From contig JBBQMH010000006.1 of assembly GCA_038328755.1 (NCBI GenBank), positions 1 through 59,103 of the forward strand: 59,103 bases of DNA, given 5' to 3'. This document shows, in pieces, positions 40,397 to 49,733 of this stretch (within the stretch, counting starts at the first letter, position 1; every line of letters starts with the position of its first letter). A program made the translations under genes and the position numbers. This stretch comes from Candidatus Limnocylindrales bacterium (GTDB taxonomy: Bacteria; Chloroflexota; Limnocylindria; Limnocylindrales; CSP1-4). The notes under the pieces are model-generated. The model had not been told where the DNA came from and made no database searches. It worked only from the letters and a program-made list of their open reading frames with translations.

Positions 40397-42369
40397 CGGG
40401 TGATTCCCTCCAGGACGCGCTCGTCGGACGTGTCGTCGCTTGAGCGAATGGCGCCTATGGCGGCGGTGATATCGATGAGGCCGTCATACGCCTCGGTGAT
40501 GACTTCGAGATTGGCATCCACGACGGACCCGCCGCGCTTCCCGAAGAAGCGGCCCAGGCGATCGCGGACGGCGTTGAGCAGTTCGTCCCGGTCGAGACCC
40601 GCCCGCTTCGCGAACGGCGAGACGCGCAGGAAGACGCCGACCAGGGCAACGCCCTGCATCCGGACCTCGAGGTCCGCTCGTGGCGCGTGGCGGCTGGCGA
40701 TCTCGGCGGTGTCGAGCGCAGTGACGCGGATGTCCCGGGCGAGGATCTCCGCGCGGAACGACGCCGGGATGGAGGCCCAGATGGCATCAGGGTCACTCAT
40801 CGGCGACTGGATGAATACGTCGCCCCCGTCGCTGAGGCCAGCCAGTGGGTCGCCGAGGCTGAATGCCGACACGCCGTGGAGCGGCACGAACTCGACCCGT
40901 TCGAGTTCCGAATGCAGCCGGATCGGTGCATCAGCGATGGTCAGGTAATACGTCGTCGGGAGGCCCTTCTTCTCGGATCCGTAGCGCGGATAGGCCTGGA
41001 CCTGCTTGCCGAACAGCTCGCCCGCGAGCGTGGCGACGAGCTTGTTGGTGGTCACGCTGCCGAACCCGCCGATGGAGTGGCCGCGCAGGCTGTACGCCCC
41101 TTCGGGACGCAGGTCCACGGGGGCAGCCTCAAGGGCCAGCGGGTGACGGATGCCGACGACGAGGTGCCGCTGCTGGGGCTCGTCGTGGTTGGCAAGTCGA
41201 TCGAAGATCGCCACCAGGTCCCCGGCCGCGATATCGCGCGAACCGAGGCCCGCCGAAACCGACAGGATTCGCGGGACCAGAACCCCTTCCGCGGCGGCGG
41301 CGTAGAGCGCCGACTGCACCTCGCGGGTCAGGGGGTTTGCTGCCGCCAGCGGATCGTCTGTGCGCTCCACGACCGCAACGGCCCCCGCGGCCTGGAGGAC
41401 CGCGACCAGCTCGTCCACCGGGAAGGGCCGGAATGCCGTGATGGCCACGCAACCGACCAGACGACCCGCGGCGCGAAGGTGATCCACGACTGCGATCGCA
41501 GTGTCGGCCATGGTACCCATGGAGACGAGGATCTCCCGAGCATCCTCGGTCCGATACGCATCGATCGGTCCGTAGATGCGCCCGGTCAGCCGCTCCCACT
41601 CCGCGTAGGCATCGGCGAGGATCGCCGGGAGACGATCCGTGTAGGCCCGCTGCCCGATGCGGCCCTTCATGTAGCTGTCCTGGTTCTGGACGACACCCGT
41701 CATGAGGGCCTCGGCCGGATCGAACAGGTCACGGATGTGATCCCGCGGATCACCCACGAATTCGCGCAGGAGGTCGTCCTCGGGGAGCAACGCGTTCTCG
41801 AGGGTGTGCGTCGTCAGGAACCCGTCCTGGGCCACCATGAACGGTGTATCCGATGCCTCGGCCGCGCGACGGGCGATGACGGCGAGGTCGGCCGCCTCCT
41901 GGGCATTCCGGGCGAACAGCATGCCCCAACCACAGTCGGCCACGGCCATCATGTCGTCGTGTCCGGCGTGGATATTGAGGGCCTGGCTGGTCAGCGCGCG
42001 GGCTCCGACATGGAAGACCGCGGGCAGTCGCTTGCCGCTGATGACGTAGAGAACTTCCTTCATCAGCACGAGGCCCTGACCGGCCGTGAAGTTCGTCACC
42101 CGGGCGCCAGCGAGTGCGGCTCCCTCGGCGGCCGACGCGGAGGAGTGCTCCGATTCGGGCTCGATGAAGCGCAGTGGGGTGCCCCACAGGTCCGTGCGGC
42201 CATCGGCAACGGCGGCCTGGTAGACGGCGGCCATCGTGGTTGACGGGGTGATGGGATAGACGCAGGCGACCTCGGCGAGCCGGCTTTCTACGTGGGCGAC
42301 GGCCTCTGAGCCGTCAACGATCGCCGGGATGCCAGGGAACTGCGGACGCGGGCGGGCGTGAGACGTCAT
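40393..42369 (-). CDS. Pyruvate:ferredoxin oxidoreductase (NifJ-type), N-terminal half (domains I-III)
   Basis: YPITPST, ESEH, FTAGQGL, HVGARA, QDGFLTTH, GGFGSVTTNK, YGSEKKG; start ATG 42369. Confidence 0.9.
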   Translation of the reverse strand: MTSHARPRPQFPGIPAIVDGSEAVAHVESRLAEVACVYPITPSTTMAAVYQAAVADGRTDLWGTPLRFIEPESEHSSASAAEGAALAGARVTNFTAGQGLVLMKEVLYVISGKRLPAVFHVGARALTSQALNIHAGHDDMMAVADCGWGMLFARNAQEAADLAVIARRAAEASDTPFMVAQDGFLTTHTLENALLPEDDLLREFVGDPRDHIRDLFDPAEALMTGVVQNQDSYMKGRIGQRAYTDRLPAILADAYAEWERLTGRIYGPIDAYRTEDAREILVSMGTMADTAIAVVDHLRAAGRLVGCVAITAFRPFPVDELVAVLQAAGAVAVVERTDDPLAAANPLTREVQSALYAAAAEGVLVPRILSVSAGLGSRDIAAGDLVAIFDRLANHDEPQQRHLVVGIRHPLALEAAPVDLRPEGAYSLRGHSIGGFGSVTTNKLVATLAGELFGKQVQAYPRYGSEKKGLPTTYYLTIADAPIRLHSELERVEFVPLHGVSAFSLGDPLAGLSDGGDVFIQSPMSDPDAIWASIPASFRAEILARDIRVTALDTAEIASRHAPRADLEVRMQGVALVGVFLRVSPFAKRAGLDRDELLNAVRDRLGRFFGKRGGSVVDANLEVITEAYDGLIDITAAIGAIRSSDDTSDERVLEGITR

Positions 42370-42427
42370 GGCTATAGGGTCGGCCTCCGTGGTCGCCAAG
42401 GGGAGGACCGCGTGGCCCGAACCATGG

Positions 42428-42441
42428 GGGCCGCATGGCCC
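42428..42441. promoter_or_regulatory. Weak DosR-box-like site in the PFOR/glucosidase divergent promoter
   Basis: GGGCCGCATGGCCC (reverse complement GGGCCATGCGGCCC). Confidence 0.4.
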
Positions 42442-42512
42442 ACGACGTCGGAACGGGGTCGCCGACGCTCCCCTACCATCGCGGCTGAACACCACCATGC
42501 CGAGGTACTTGA

Positions 42513-44189
42513 GTGACCGAATCGAGCGAGGGGCCGCGCCCAACCGGCGACTGGTGGCGGCGTGCCGTCGTGTACCAGATCTACATCCGGAGTTTCTCCG
42601 ACGCGAACGGCGACGGCATCGGCGACATCGCCGGGATCCGGGGGCGGCTCCCCTATCTTGCGGATCTCGGCATCGACGCGATCTGGATCACGCCGTGGTA
42701 TCCGTCGCCAATGGCGGACGGCGGCTACGACGTTGCCGATTACCGCGACATCGAACCCCTCTTCGGGACCCTCGAGGATGCAGACGCGCTCGTACGGGAC
42801 GCCCACGCCGCGGGCATCCGGGTCCTGATCGACCTCGTTCCGAACCACACCTCGGACCAGCACGAATGGTTCAAGGAAGCGCTCGCGAGCCCCCGCGGGT
42901 CGGCGGCACGGGCGCGCTACCTCTTCGTCGACGGGCGTGGTCCGGGCGGAGAGCAGCCGCCAAACAACTGGCCCAGCCTCTTTGGCGGCCCGGCATGGGT
43001 CCGGGTGCCTGAGCCCGCCGCAGAGCAGCCCTCCGAGCCCGACCAGTGGTACCTCCACGTGTTTGCGCCCGAGCAGCCGGACCTGAACTGGGAGAACCCG
43101 GAGGTTCACGCGGAATTTGCGACCACACTCCGCTTCTGGCTGGACCGCGGCGTCGATGGTTTTCGGATCGACGTGGCCCATGCCATGGTCAAGGCCGAGG
43201 GCCTGCCGGATCTGTCAGGCGCCCATCTCCTCGGGGACAGGAGGGCACCGGGCCAGCATCCGCACTGGGATCTCCCCGGCGTTCACGACATCCACCGCGC
43301 CTGGCGCCGGATCACGGACAGCTACGGCGATGGACGCGTGCTGATCGGCGAGATCGGGGTGGAGGACCAGGAACGGCTCACCGACTACCTGCGACCGGAC
43401 GAACTCCACGCCGCGTTCAACTTCCCGTTCATGGGCACGCCCTGGGACGCGCCTGCATACCGGGCAGTGATCGATGACACGCTCGAGGCCCACCGTCGCG
43501 TGGGAGCCACCCCGACATGGGTGCTCTCGAACCACGATTCGACCCGCCAGGTCACGCGCCTGGGCCGAGCGCACTCGGGATTCCGGAACCGGGAGCTCGA
43601 TGACGTCCTGCCGACCGATCTCGAGCTCGGGACGCGTCGAGCTCGCGCGGCCATCCTGCTGATGCTGGCGCTTCCTGGATGCGCTTACCTGTACCAGGGC
43701 GAGGAACTGGGGCTCTGGGAAGTCGAAGACCTACCGGAATCCGTCCTGCAGGATCCAATCTGGGAGCGAAGTGGTCACACCATCCGAGGCCGCGACGGAT
43801 GCCGGGTCCCGCTGCCGTGGGACGGCGACGCAGCGCCATTCGGCTTCAGCCCGGCCGGGTCCGAGCCATGGCTGCCCCAGCCGGCCGTCTGGCGAACCAT
43901 GACCGCCGAGGCCGAGTCACGGGATGACGAGTCGATGCTGGCGCTCTACCGAACGGCCCTCAGGCTGCGCCGCGAGACGAGCGACCTCGGCGCGGGCGGG
44001 CTGGACTGGCTCCCGAGTCCGTCCGGGACCCTGCTCTTCCGACGCGGGGACGAGTTCCATTGCGCGGTCAACGTGAGCGCCGACTCCATGGCCCTGCCGC
44101 CCGCGCGTGGGCAGCTGGTCCGCTCGGTCGCCGATTCGGACGTCCTTCCACGGGACGCCGCTGCGTGGTACCTGGTGCGTACCGACTAG
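42513..44189 (+). CDS. GH13 alpha-glucosidase
   Basis: WWRRAVVYQIYIRSF, DLVPNH, GFRIDVAH (nucleophile), IGE, SNHD, YQGEELG. Confidence 0.93.
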   Translation: MTESSEGPRPTGDWWRRAVVYQIYIRSFSDANGDGIGDIAGIRGRLPYLADLGIDAIWITPWYPSPMADGGYDVADYRDIEPLFGTLEDADALVRDAHAAGIRVLIDLVPNHTSDQHEWFKEALASPRGSAARARYLFVDGRGPGGEQPPNNWPSLFGGPAWVRVPEPAAEQPSEPDQWYLHVFAPEQPDLNWENPEVHAEFATTLRFWLDRGVDGFRIDVAHAMVKAEGLPDLSGAHLLGDRRAPGQHPHWDLPGVHDIHRAWRRITDSYGDGRVLIGEIGVEDQERLTDYLRPDELHAAFNFPFMGTPWDAPAYRAVIDDTLEAHRRVGATPTWVLSNHDSTRQVTRLGRAHSGFRNRELDDVLPTDLELGTRRARAAILLMLALPGCAYLYQGEELGLWEVEDLPESVLQDPIWERSGHTIRGRDGCRVPLPWDGDAAPFGFSPAGSEPWLPQPAVWRTMTAEAESRDDESMLALYRTALRLRRETSDLGAGGLDWLPSPSGTLLFRRGDEFHCAVNVSADSMALPPARGQLVRSVADSDVLPRDAAAWYLVRTD

Positions 44190-44686
44190 GTTGATGCCCG
44201 CGCTGGAAGAAGGTCCTCGATGGCCTGCCGGATGGCCGCCGTCAAGGCTGGCAGTCCGGCCGTGACGGGGCGCGAGAACCGTTCGCTGTAACCGAACCAG
44301 CGGCCCCCAATTCCCACGAAGGCCCCCGAAGGCAGCGAGCCTCGAACCACTTCCGCGATGCACAGTGCGTCGCCGATCGTCAGGGCATGGGAGGACCGTG
44401 GCGTCATGCCGTCCGTGCGCTGGCTGAGCTCCTGGAGTGAGAGGGTGACGATCGATCCGGGCTCGACCCCGACGACGGTGTCGATCACCAGGCAGGCCTC
44501 GCCGTCCGAGACGTTGATGAGGTCGGTCACGTCGAGTTGTGGGCACCGGTGAACCGCGATCCGCGAGGCCAGGTCCGACGGGAGGGCCGGAAGGACCTGC
44601 GCGATCGCCGCCAGGGCCGCACGGTCGTCGCCTCGATCGGCCGCTCCGCAGACCATGATCAGAAGCTCGGGTGCCCGGGCAGTCAT
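44186..44686 (-). CDS. Hydrogenase maturation protease (divergent)
   Basis: RGDD, VIDT, SSH motifs; ATGA coupling to the large-subunit stop. Confidence 0.75.
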   Translation of the reverse strand: MTARAPELLIMVCGAADRGDDRAALAAIAQVLPALPSDLASRIAVHRCPQLDVTDLINVSDGEACLVIDTVVGVEPGSIVTLSLQELSQRTDGMTPRSSHALTIGDALCIAEVVRGSLPSGAFVGIGGRWFGYSERFSRPVTAGLPALTAAIRQAIEDLLPARAST

Positions 44687-45987
44687 GGCGATCGATCCAC
44701 CCGAAGATCCAGGAAGTGCGTTGCGCACGAGATGCACGGGTCGTAGGACCGGATGAGCTGCTCGAGGCGGTGCGTCGCTTCGCCGATGGGCAGATCCAGG
44801 ATCCGCGGGGCGAACGCCGCCAGATCTGCCTCGATCGCCGCCTGGTTCTGGGACGTGGGCGGGACGATGGTGGCGGCGGCGACCTTACCGTCTTCACCCA
44901 CGACATACCGATGGAACAGGAGTCCGCGTGGTGCTTCCGTAGCCCACGCTGCCACACCACTTCTCGGAGTAACGGGTGTGGCGGGACGCGCCGGCCGCTC
45001 ATACGCATCCACGATGTCGAGGGCCTCGGCCGTGGCGTGGACCAGTTCGACTGCACGCGCCACGATGCTCCGGTACGGGTTGGTGCGGATGGATTCGAGC
45101 GCTCCACTGCGCGCCAGCGCCTCCCGGGCGATCGGGTGCAACTGGTCCCCGGCCAGGGAGATGCGAGCCGACGGACCCAGCAGGTACGGATACCCATCCT
45201 TGGCTCGGGCCTGCAGCGCATTCGACCAGGGAACCTGTACTTCCTGGAATGCCCGCCCCCAGTCCGAGAGCGCCAGGTCCACGCCGTCCGAGGAAACGAT
45301 TCGACCATGGTTGAGCGGGTACTCGGTGGGGTGCTTCATCGAGACGAGCCGCGGCACCCGGTCGAATGACGGGGTATCGAGACCGGCCGTGACCTCGACG
45401 GTTGCGAGGGCCAGTTCCAACGCCTCCTCGAGCGACGGCCGAAGGGCCACGAGCTCCGACCGACGGGGCATCCTCGAGAATCCCCCGACCTTGACGCTCA
45501 CGGGATGGATCGGTCGGCCGCCCAGGATCGAGAGCAGCTGATTGCCCGCCTTTTTGAGGCGCAGGCCACCAGCGACCAGATCCCGATGGTCACGAGCGAG
45601 CTCGACGGCACTCGGATATCCGAGGAAGTCTGGCGCATGGAGCAGATACACGTGCAGTGCATGGCTCTCGATCCACTCCCCGCAATAGAGGAGGCGACGG
45701 AGGGCCGCCACCTGCGGGTGAACCTCGACTTCGAAGAGTGATTCAAAGGCATGAACGGCACTCATCTGGTACGCGACCGGACAGATTCCGCAGATCCTCG
45801 CCACGATGTCGATGACCTCGTCGGGGGTTCGTCCGACCACGAGTGCCTCGAAATAGCGCGGCGCCTCGAAGATCTCGAGATGCGCTTCCTCGACCACGCC
45901 GTCGCGCACTCGAAGGTGGAGCGAGCCCTCGCCCTCGACGCGCGTCAGGTTCTCCACCTGGAACCGGAGGTCACCTCCGTGGCCCAT
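44683..45987 (-). CDS. Group 3b [NiFe]-hydrogenase (sulfhydrogenase-type) large/alpha subunit
   Basis: LTRVEGEG, L1 ARICGICPVAY, L2 RSYDPCISCATH; start ATG 45987. Confidence 0.95.
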   Translation of the reverse strand: MGHGGDLRFQVENLTRVEGEGSLHLRVRDGVVEEAHLEIFEAPRYFEALVVGRTPDEVIDIVARICGICPVAYQMSAVHAFESLFEVEVHPQVAALRRLLYCGEWIESHALHVYLLHAPDFLGYPSAVELARDHRDLVAGGLRLKKAGNQLLSILGGRPIHPVSVKVGGFSRMPRRSELVALRPSLEEALELALATVEVTAGLDTPSFDRVPRLVSMKHPTEYPLNHGRIVSSDGVDLALSDWGRAFQEVQVPWSNALQARAKDGYPYLLGPSARISLAGDQLHPIAREALARSGALESIRTNPYRSIVARAVELVHATAEALDIVDAYERPARPATPVTPRSGVAAWATEAPRGLLFHRYVVGEDGKVAAATIVPPTSQNQAAIEADLAAFAPRILDLPIGEATHRLEQLIRSYDPCISCATHFLDLRVDRSP

Positions 45988-45988
45988 C

Positions 45989-46948
45989 TCAATCCTCCGA
46001 TTCGGTCGGGTGTGCTGGTGATGCGTCGACCGGACCCCATGCCGGCGGACCATCGACCAGGGTCTCGGGGGGCGAGGCCAGGGTCGGACGGAGTGGCATC
46101 GGCGGACGGCCGCCCAGCGAAACCGTCACGGACCGGAACGCTGGTGCCGCGCCCGTGAAGCCGGCAAAGAGGCGTCCGATGTCGACGGCGCTCATCCCGA
46201 GCTGATCCACGCCCGGACGGGCCGCGCCAAAGGCAGCGACAAGGCCAGCCGTATTTGCGGCCTCTCGCGGGCCGAAACAGCCATAGCACCCGCGCCGGAA
46301 CGCCGGACAGATGGCACCGCACCCCGTGCGGGTCACCGGACCGAGACACGGTTGGCCGTCCACAACCACGACACAGGGAATGCCGCGCCGCTTGCATTCG
46401 AGGCAGACGGCCTGATCAGGAAGCTGCGGGCGCCGTCCGACGCTCAGACTCGTGAGCAGCTCCAGGAGCTGCCGCGGATCGATGGGACAGCCGCGCAGTT
46501 CGGCATCGACCTGCACGTAATCGGCAACCGGATGTGCCGTCGCCAGCGAATCGACGTAGGCGGGCACCGGGTAGACCGCTTCCCGGAAAGCCTCGTGTTC
46601 GGCGGCAGTCCGGAGCGCCTGGATTCCTCCGGCGGTCGCGCAGGCTCCAATCACGACGAGGCGGCGAGCCTCTGCGCGAAGGCGGGCGATCTCAACGACC
46701 TGTTCTGGCGTGGAAATCGAGCCCTCCACGAGCAGAACGTCGAACGGGCCTGAGGACCGGCGCGACGTCGCTTCGGCAAACTCGACGATTTCAAAGCGCT
46801 CGGCGATCTCAAGCAGGTCGTCCTCGAGATCGAGAATGGTCAACTGGCAGCCATCGCAGGAGGCGAACTTGACGACTCCGATCCGGGGACGGCGAGGCGC
46901 CGGTCCGTGGCCAGGAATCGCAACCGCGGCGCGAACCCCGACATCCAT
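45989..46948 (-). CDS. Group 3b hydrogenase small/delta subunit
   Basis: KFASCDGCQL, VEGS, GACA, RGCP, CLEC, CLGPVTRTGCGAICP, CYGC; TGATG coupling. Confidence 0.92.
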   Translation of the reverse strand: MDVGVRAAVAIPGHGPAPRRPRIGVVKFASCDGCQLTILDLEDDLLEIAERFEIVEFAEATSRRSSGPFDVLLVEGSISTPEQVVEIARLRAEARRLVVIGACATAGGIQALRTAAEHEAFREAVYPVPAYVDSLATAHPVADYVQVDAELRGCPIDPRQLLELLTSLSVGRRPQLPDQAVCLECKRRGIPCVVVVDGQPCLGPVTRTGCGAICPAFRRGCYGCFGPREAANTAGLVAAFGAARPGVDQLGMSAVDIGRLFAGFTGAAPAFRSVTVSLGGRPPMPLRPTLASPPETLVDGPPAWGPVDASPAHPTESED

Positions 46949-48972
46949 CAGAGACCCTCGATCTGGAGCTTGGAGCCAAGCTCGGCGACGCTGAACACGG
47001 GGCCGTCGCGACAGACGAACCGGGAGCCCATCTGACAGTGGCCACAGAGCCCGACGCCGCACTCCATCCGCCGCTCGAGCGTCAGCCACATGTGCTCGGG
47101 GGGAATGCCCAGATCTCCGAGTGTGTCGGCCGTCGCCCCCATCATTCGTTCCGGGCCACAGATGAAGGCGGTGGCGTCGGCGCCAGTACCCACCACCGAG
47201 CTGAACAACTGGGTGACGATTCCAACCCGGCCCAGCCACTCGGGCCCGGCCCGGTCTACCGTGACTCGGACGATCAAGTCGTCCCGGATGGCGAGGGCGT
47301 CGATCTCCTCGACGAACAGGCGGTCACGCGGCGTCCGGGCTCCGATGTACAGGCGAACGTCGGCGAAGCGATCGCGGTCCCGGATGATCGCGTCGATGAC
47401 CGGCCGCAATGGCGCGAGCCCGATCCCGCCCCCAACGATGACGACGTCGCGACCTTCGGCGTCGTGCAGCGGCCAGGGACGACCGAGCGGTCCACGCAGC
47501 CCGAGCGTCGCCCCTGGTCGCAGGCGCGTCAGGAAGCTCGTAGCGGCTCCCGCGGACCTGATCGTCAGCTCGAGCCCATCGGGGTGGAAGCGCGAAATCG
47601 AGATAGGCGGGATCGCAAAGGCCGGGACGGCAACCATCACGAACTGTCCCGGGAGGCCCCGCAGGAGGCCCGGGTCAGTGGTGGTCAGGCGCAGGGTCGT
47701 GGTGTCGGCCGTCTCGGGGCGAACCTCGGTCACGGTGGCCTCGACGAAGTCGAGCTGAATGGTGTCCGGGCCCACGGGCGCGTGGGCGGCGGCGCCGGCA
47801 GCTCTCGATCGCTCCACGGACTGTGCCGCTGGCAGCGTGTCAGGGAGCGGAACCGACGAGTTGGCGAGAGCGGTGAGTTCCTGACGGACGTCGATTCCAA
47901 CCGGGCACCACGCGATGCACCGTCCGCAACCCACGCAACCGGATGTCCCGAACTGGTCCCACCAGGTACCGAATTTGTGCGTGAGCCACTGGCGGTAGCG
48001 GTCCCGCGGGCGTGACCGGAAGTTGCCCCCGGCCACCTGGGCAAAGCCCTCCGTGAAGCACGAATCCCAGGTCCGGACCGACGTGGAGGCCCGCCCGTCC
48101 ATCCCCGACCGGACCACCTGACCGGTGCAGAAACATGTCGGACACACCAGGGTGCAGTTGGCGCACGACACGCATCGCTCGGCAATCGCGTCCCAACGCG
48201 GGTGCTCCAGGTTGGCGAGCAGTAGCTCGCGAGCGCGGTCCGGAATCGCCCCCTCACCCATCGCGGCGCGGGTTGCGGCCACCTGCCCATCGGCCTGACT
48301 GACCACCTCAGGTTTGGCGGGGGTAAGGCCGAGGCCCGTCACCAGGCGCTCACCGGCCACCGTGGTGCTGCGGACGACGAAACCGTCATCGAGCTCGCTC
48401 AGGACCAGGTCGGCTCCGGTCGTCACCTCCGGGCCGGTTCCCATGGTCGCGCAGAAACAGGTGCTGCCGGCAACCGCACATTCGACGCCGATGACCAGGA
48501 GATCCTTGCGGCGTGATGCATAGTCGGGATCCGTCGCTGGTCCTTCGATGAGGACGCGATCGTGAACGGCGAGGGCCGCGAGGTCGCAGGCACGGGCGCC
48601 GAGGATCGCAACCGGCTCCGCCTCAGCCTGGGCCACCACACGGACGGCCGTGCCGCCTTCGGGTGTCGTTTCAACGGTCAGGCTGTCAACGCGACTCGGA
48701 AAGGTGATCTGCTTGATCCCATCCCCCGTAACCGGGTATTGGAAGGCACGACGGGAACCGAGCCCATCCGGCAGGCGCGAGAGCGCGACACGGCCCGGGG
48801 CGCTCTCCAGCGTCCAGCCGGCCGGAAGATCATCTGCTCGCTCGATGTCGGCCATCACGATGGCGCCGTCATCCAGGGTCGGGCCAACCACCCGGCGACC
48901 GCCGTTGGCCAGCGAAGCGATGAAATCATCCAGACGTTCGCGCGGCAGGAACAGGCGATCGTCGATCACCAC
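46948..48972 (-). CDS. Fused group 3b hydrogenase beta (4Fe-4S) + gamma (FAD/NAD(P), 2Fe-2S) subunit
   Basis: N-half GARACD, CVSCANCTLVCPTCFC, CVGCGRCIAWCP; C-half PGQF, RGPLG, GGGIGLAP, CGPE, CGVGLCGHC. Confidence 0.92.
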   Translation of the reverse strand: MVIDDRLFLPRERLDDFIASLANGGRRVVGPTLDDGAIVMADIERADDLPAGWTLESAPGRVALSRLPDGLGSRRAFQYPVTGDGIKQITFPSRVDSLTVETTPEGGTAVRVVAQAEAEPVAILGARACDLAALAVHDRVLIEGPATDPDYASRRKDLLVIGVECAVAGSTCFCATMGTGPEVTTGADLVLSELDDGFVVRSTTVAGERLVTGLGLTPAKPEVVSQADGQVAATRAAMGEGAIPDRARELLLANLEHPRWDAIAERCVSCANCTLVCPTCFCTGQVVRSGMDGRASTSVRTWDSCFTEGFAQVAGGNFRSRPRDRYRQWLTHKFGTWWDQFGTSGCVGCGRCIAWCPVGIDVRQELTALANSSVPLPDTLPAAQSVERSRAAGAAAHAPVGPDTIQLDFVEATVTEVRPETADTTTLRLTTTDPGLLRGLPGQFVMVAVPAFAIPPISISRFHPDGLELTIRSAGAATSFLTRLRPGATLGLRGPLGRPWPLHDAEGRDVVIVGGGIGLAPLRPVIDAIIRDRDRFADVRLYIGARTPRDRLFVEEIDALAIRDDLIVRVTVDRAGPEWLGRVGIVTQLFSSVVGTGADATAFICGPERMMGATADTLGDLGIPPEHMWLTLERRMECGVGLCGHCQMGSRFVCRDGPVFSVAELGSKLQIEGL

Positions 48973-49475
48973 GCGTTGATCTCACTGCCCTGGAACAGAT
49001 CAAGGAGCTGGACTCGGGTGGCCGCGAGGCGCTTGACCACGGTGTCGAGGATTTGCGGTAGCAACGCGGCGGCCAATTCGCAGTCGTCGGCCAGGAGACT
49101 GCGGAGGGTTTCAGCATCGACGATTGCGAGTTCGGTCGCCTCCAGAGTTGTCGCGCTGGTGGTCGCTCGGTAGGGGGCCACGATGGCCGACCAACCCACG
49201 ATGTCGCCCGCCTCGAGCGTCAGGATGGTTACGCCGCCGCGCTCGGGAACCCGCATACGAAGTCCAACCCGCCCGCGAACCACAACGGCAAGAGACGCGG
49301 TCACCTCACCTTCGTTCATGAACGTCACGCCGGGTTCGAACTCCAGGCGCGTGACGACATCGGCCAGCCGATCACGTGGCCCCGGGGGCATCGAGGCGAA
49401 GATCGGGATCTCCGAATAGGACGCTCGGTCGCCCTGTGCGGTGGCTTCACCGCCCGCTCGATTGACGTTGCGCAT
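48966..49475 (-). CDS. Stand-alone cyclic-nucleotide-binding (cNMP) domain protein, no HTH
   Basis: IPIFASM...EGE...VVRGRV...AGDIVGWSA; RBS GGAGG before ATG 49475. Confidence 0.85.
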   Translation of the reverse strand: MRNVNRAGGEATAQGDRASYSEIPIFASMPPGPRDRLADVVTRLEFEPGVTFMNEGEVTASLAVVVRGRVGLRMRVPERGGVTILTLEAGDIVGWSAIVAPYRATTSATTLEATELAIVDAETLRSLLADDCELAAALLPQILDTVVKRLAATRVQLLDLFQGSEINAW

Positions 49476-49600
49476 CCGTCTGTCCTCCGACCTGAAGGTA
49501 GACACCGGAACGCGCCCCTTACACCGCCATCAGTCCCGAACGCGGGCGCGGTACGGCCCTGCACTGGCCGGGATTGGCGCTGACGAGTCCCGACCAACTC

Positions 49601-49614
49601 GGGACCTTCGGCCC
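49601..49614. promoter_or_regulatory. DosR-box-like site
   Basis: GGGACCTTCGGCCC upstream of the group 3b operon, identical to 18203. Confidence 0.65.
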
Positions 49615-49733
49615 TATCAGCGGTTCATCGGCGGCTCAAGAATGCTGGTGCGGTGGATATCGGAGGGGACGCCCGGTATCCACCCTTTCGATTCCCGGGA
49701 AACCGCCCGACGCGTCAGGTTTCGCGTCGCCAG

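Noticed and set aside
38221-42369. PFOR as a pseudogene broken by an insertion
   Set aside because: Both halves are intact with coupled starts and stops; the intervening gene is a CBS protein with no transposase or terminal repeats.
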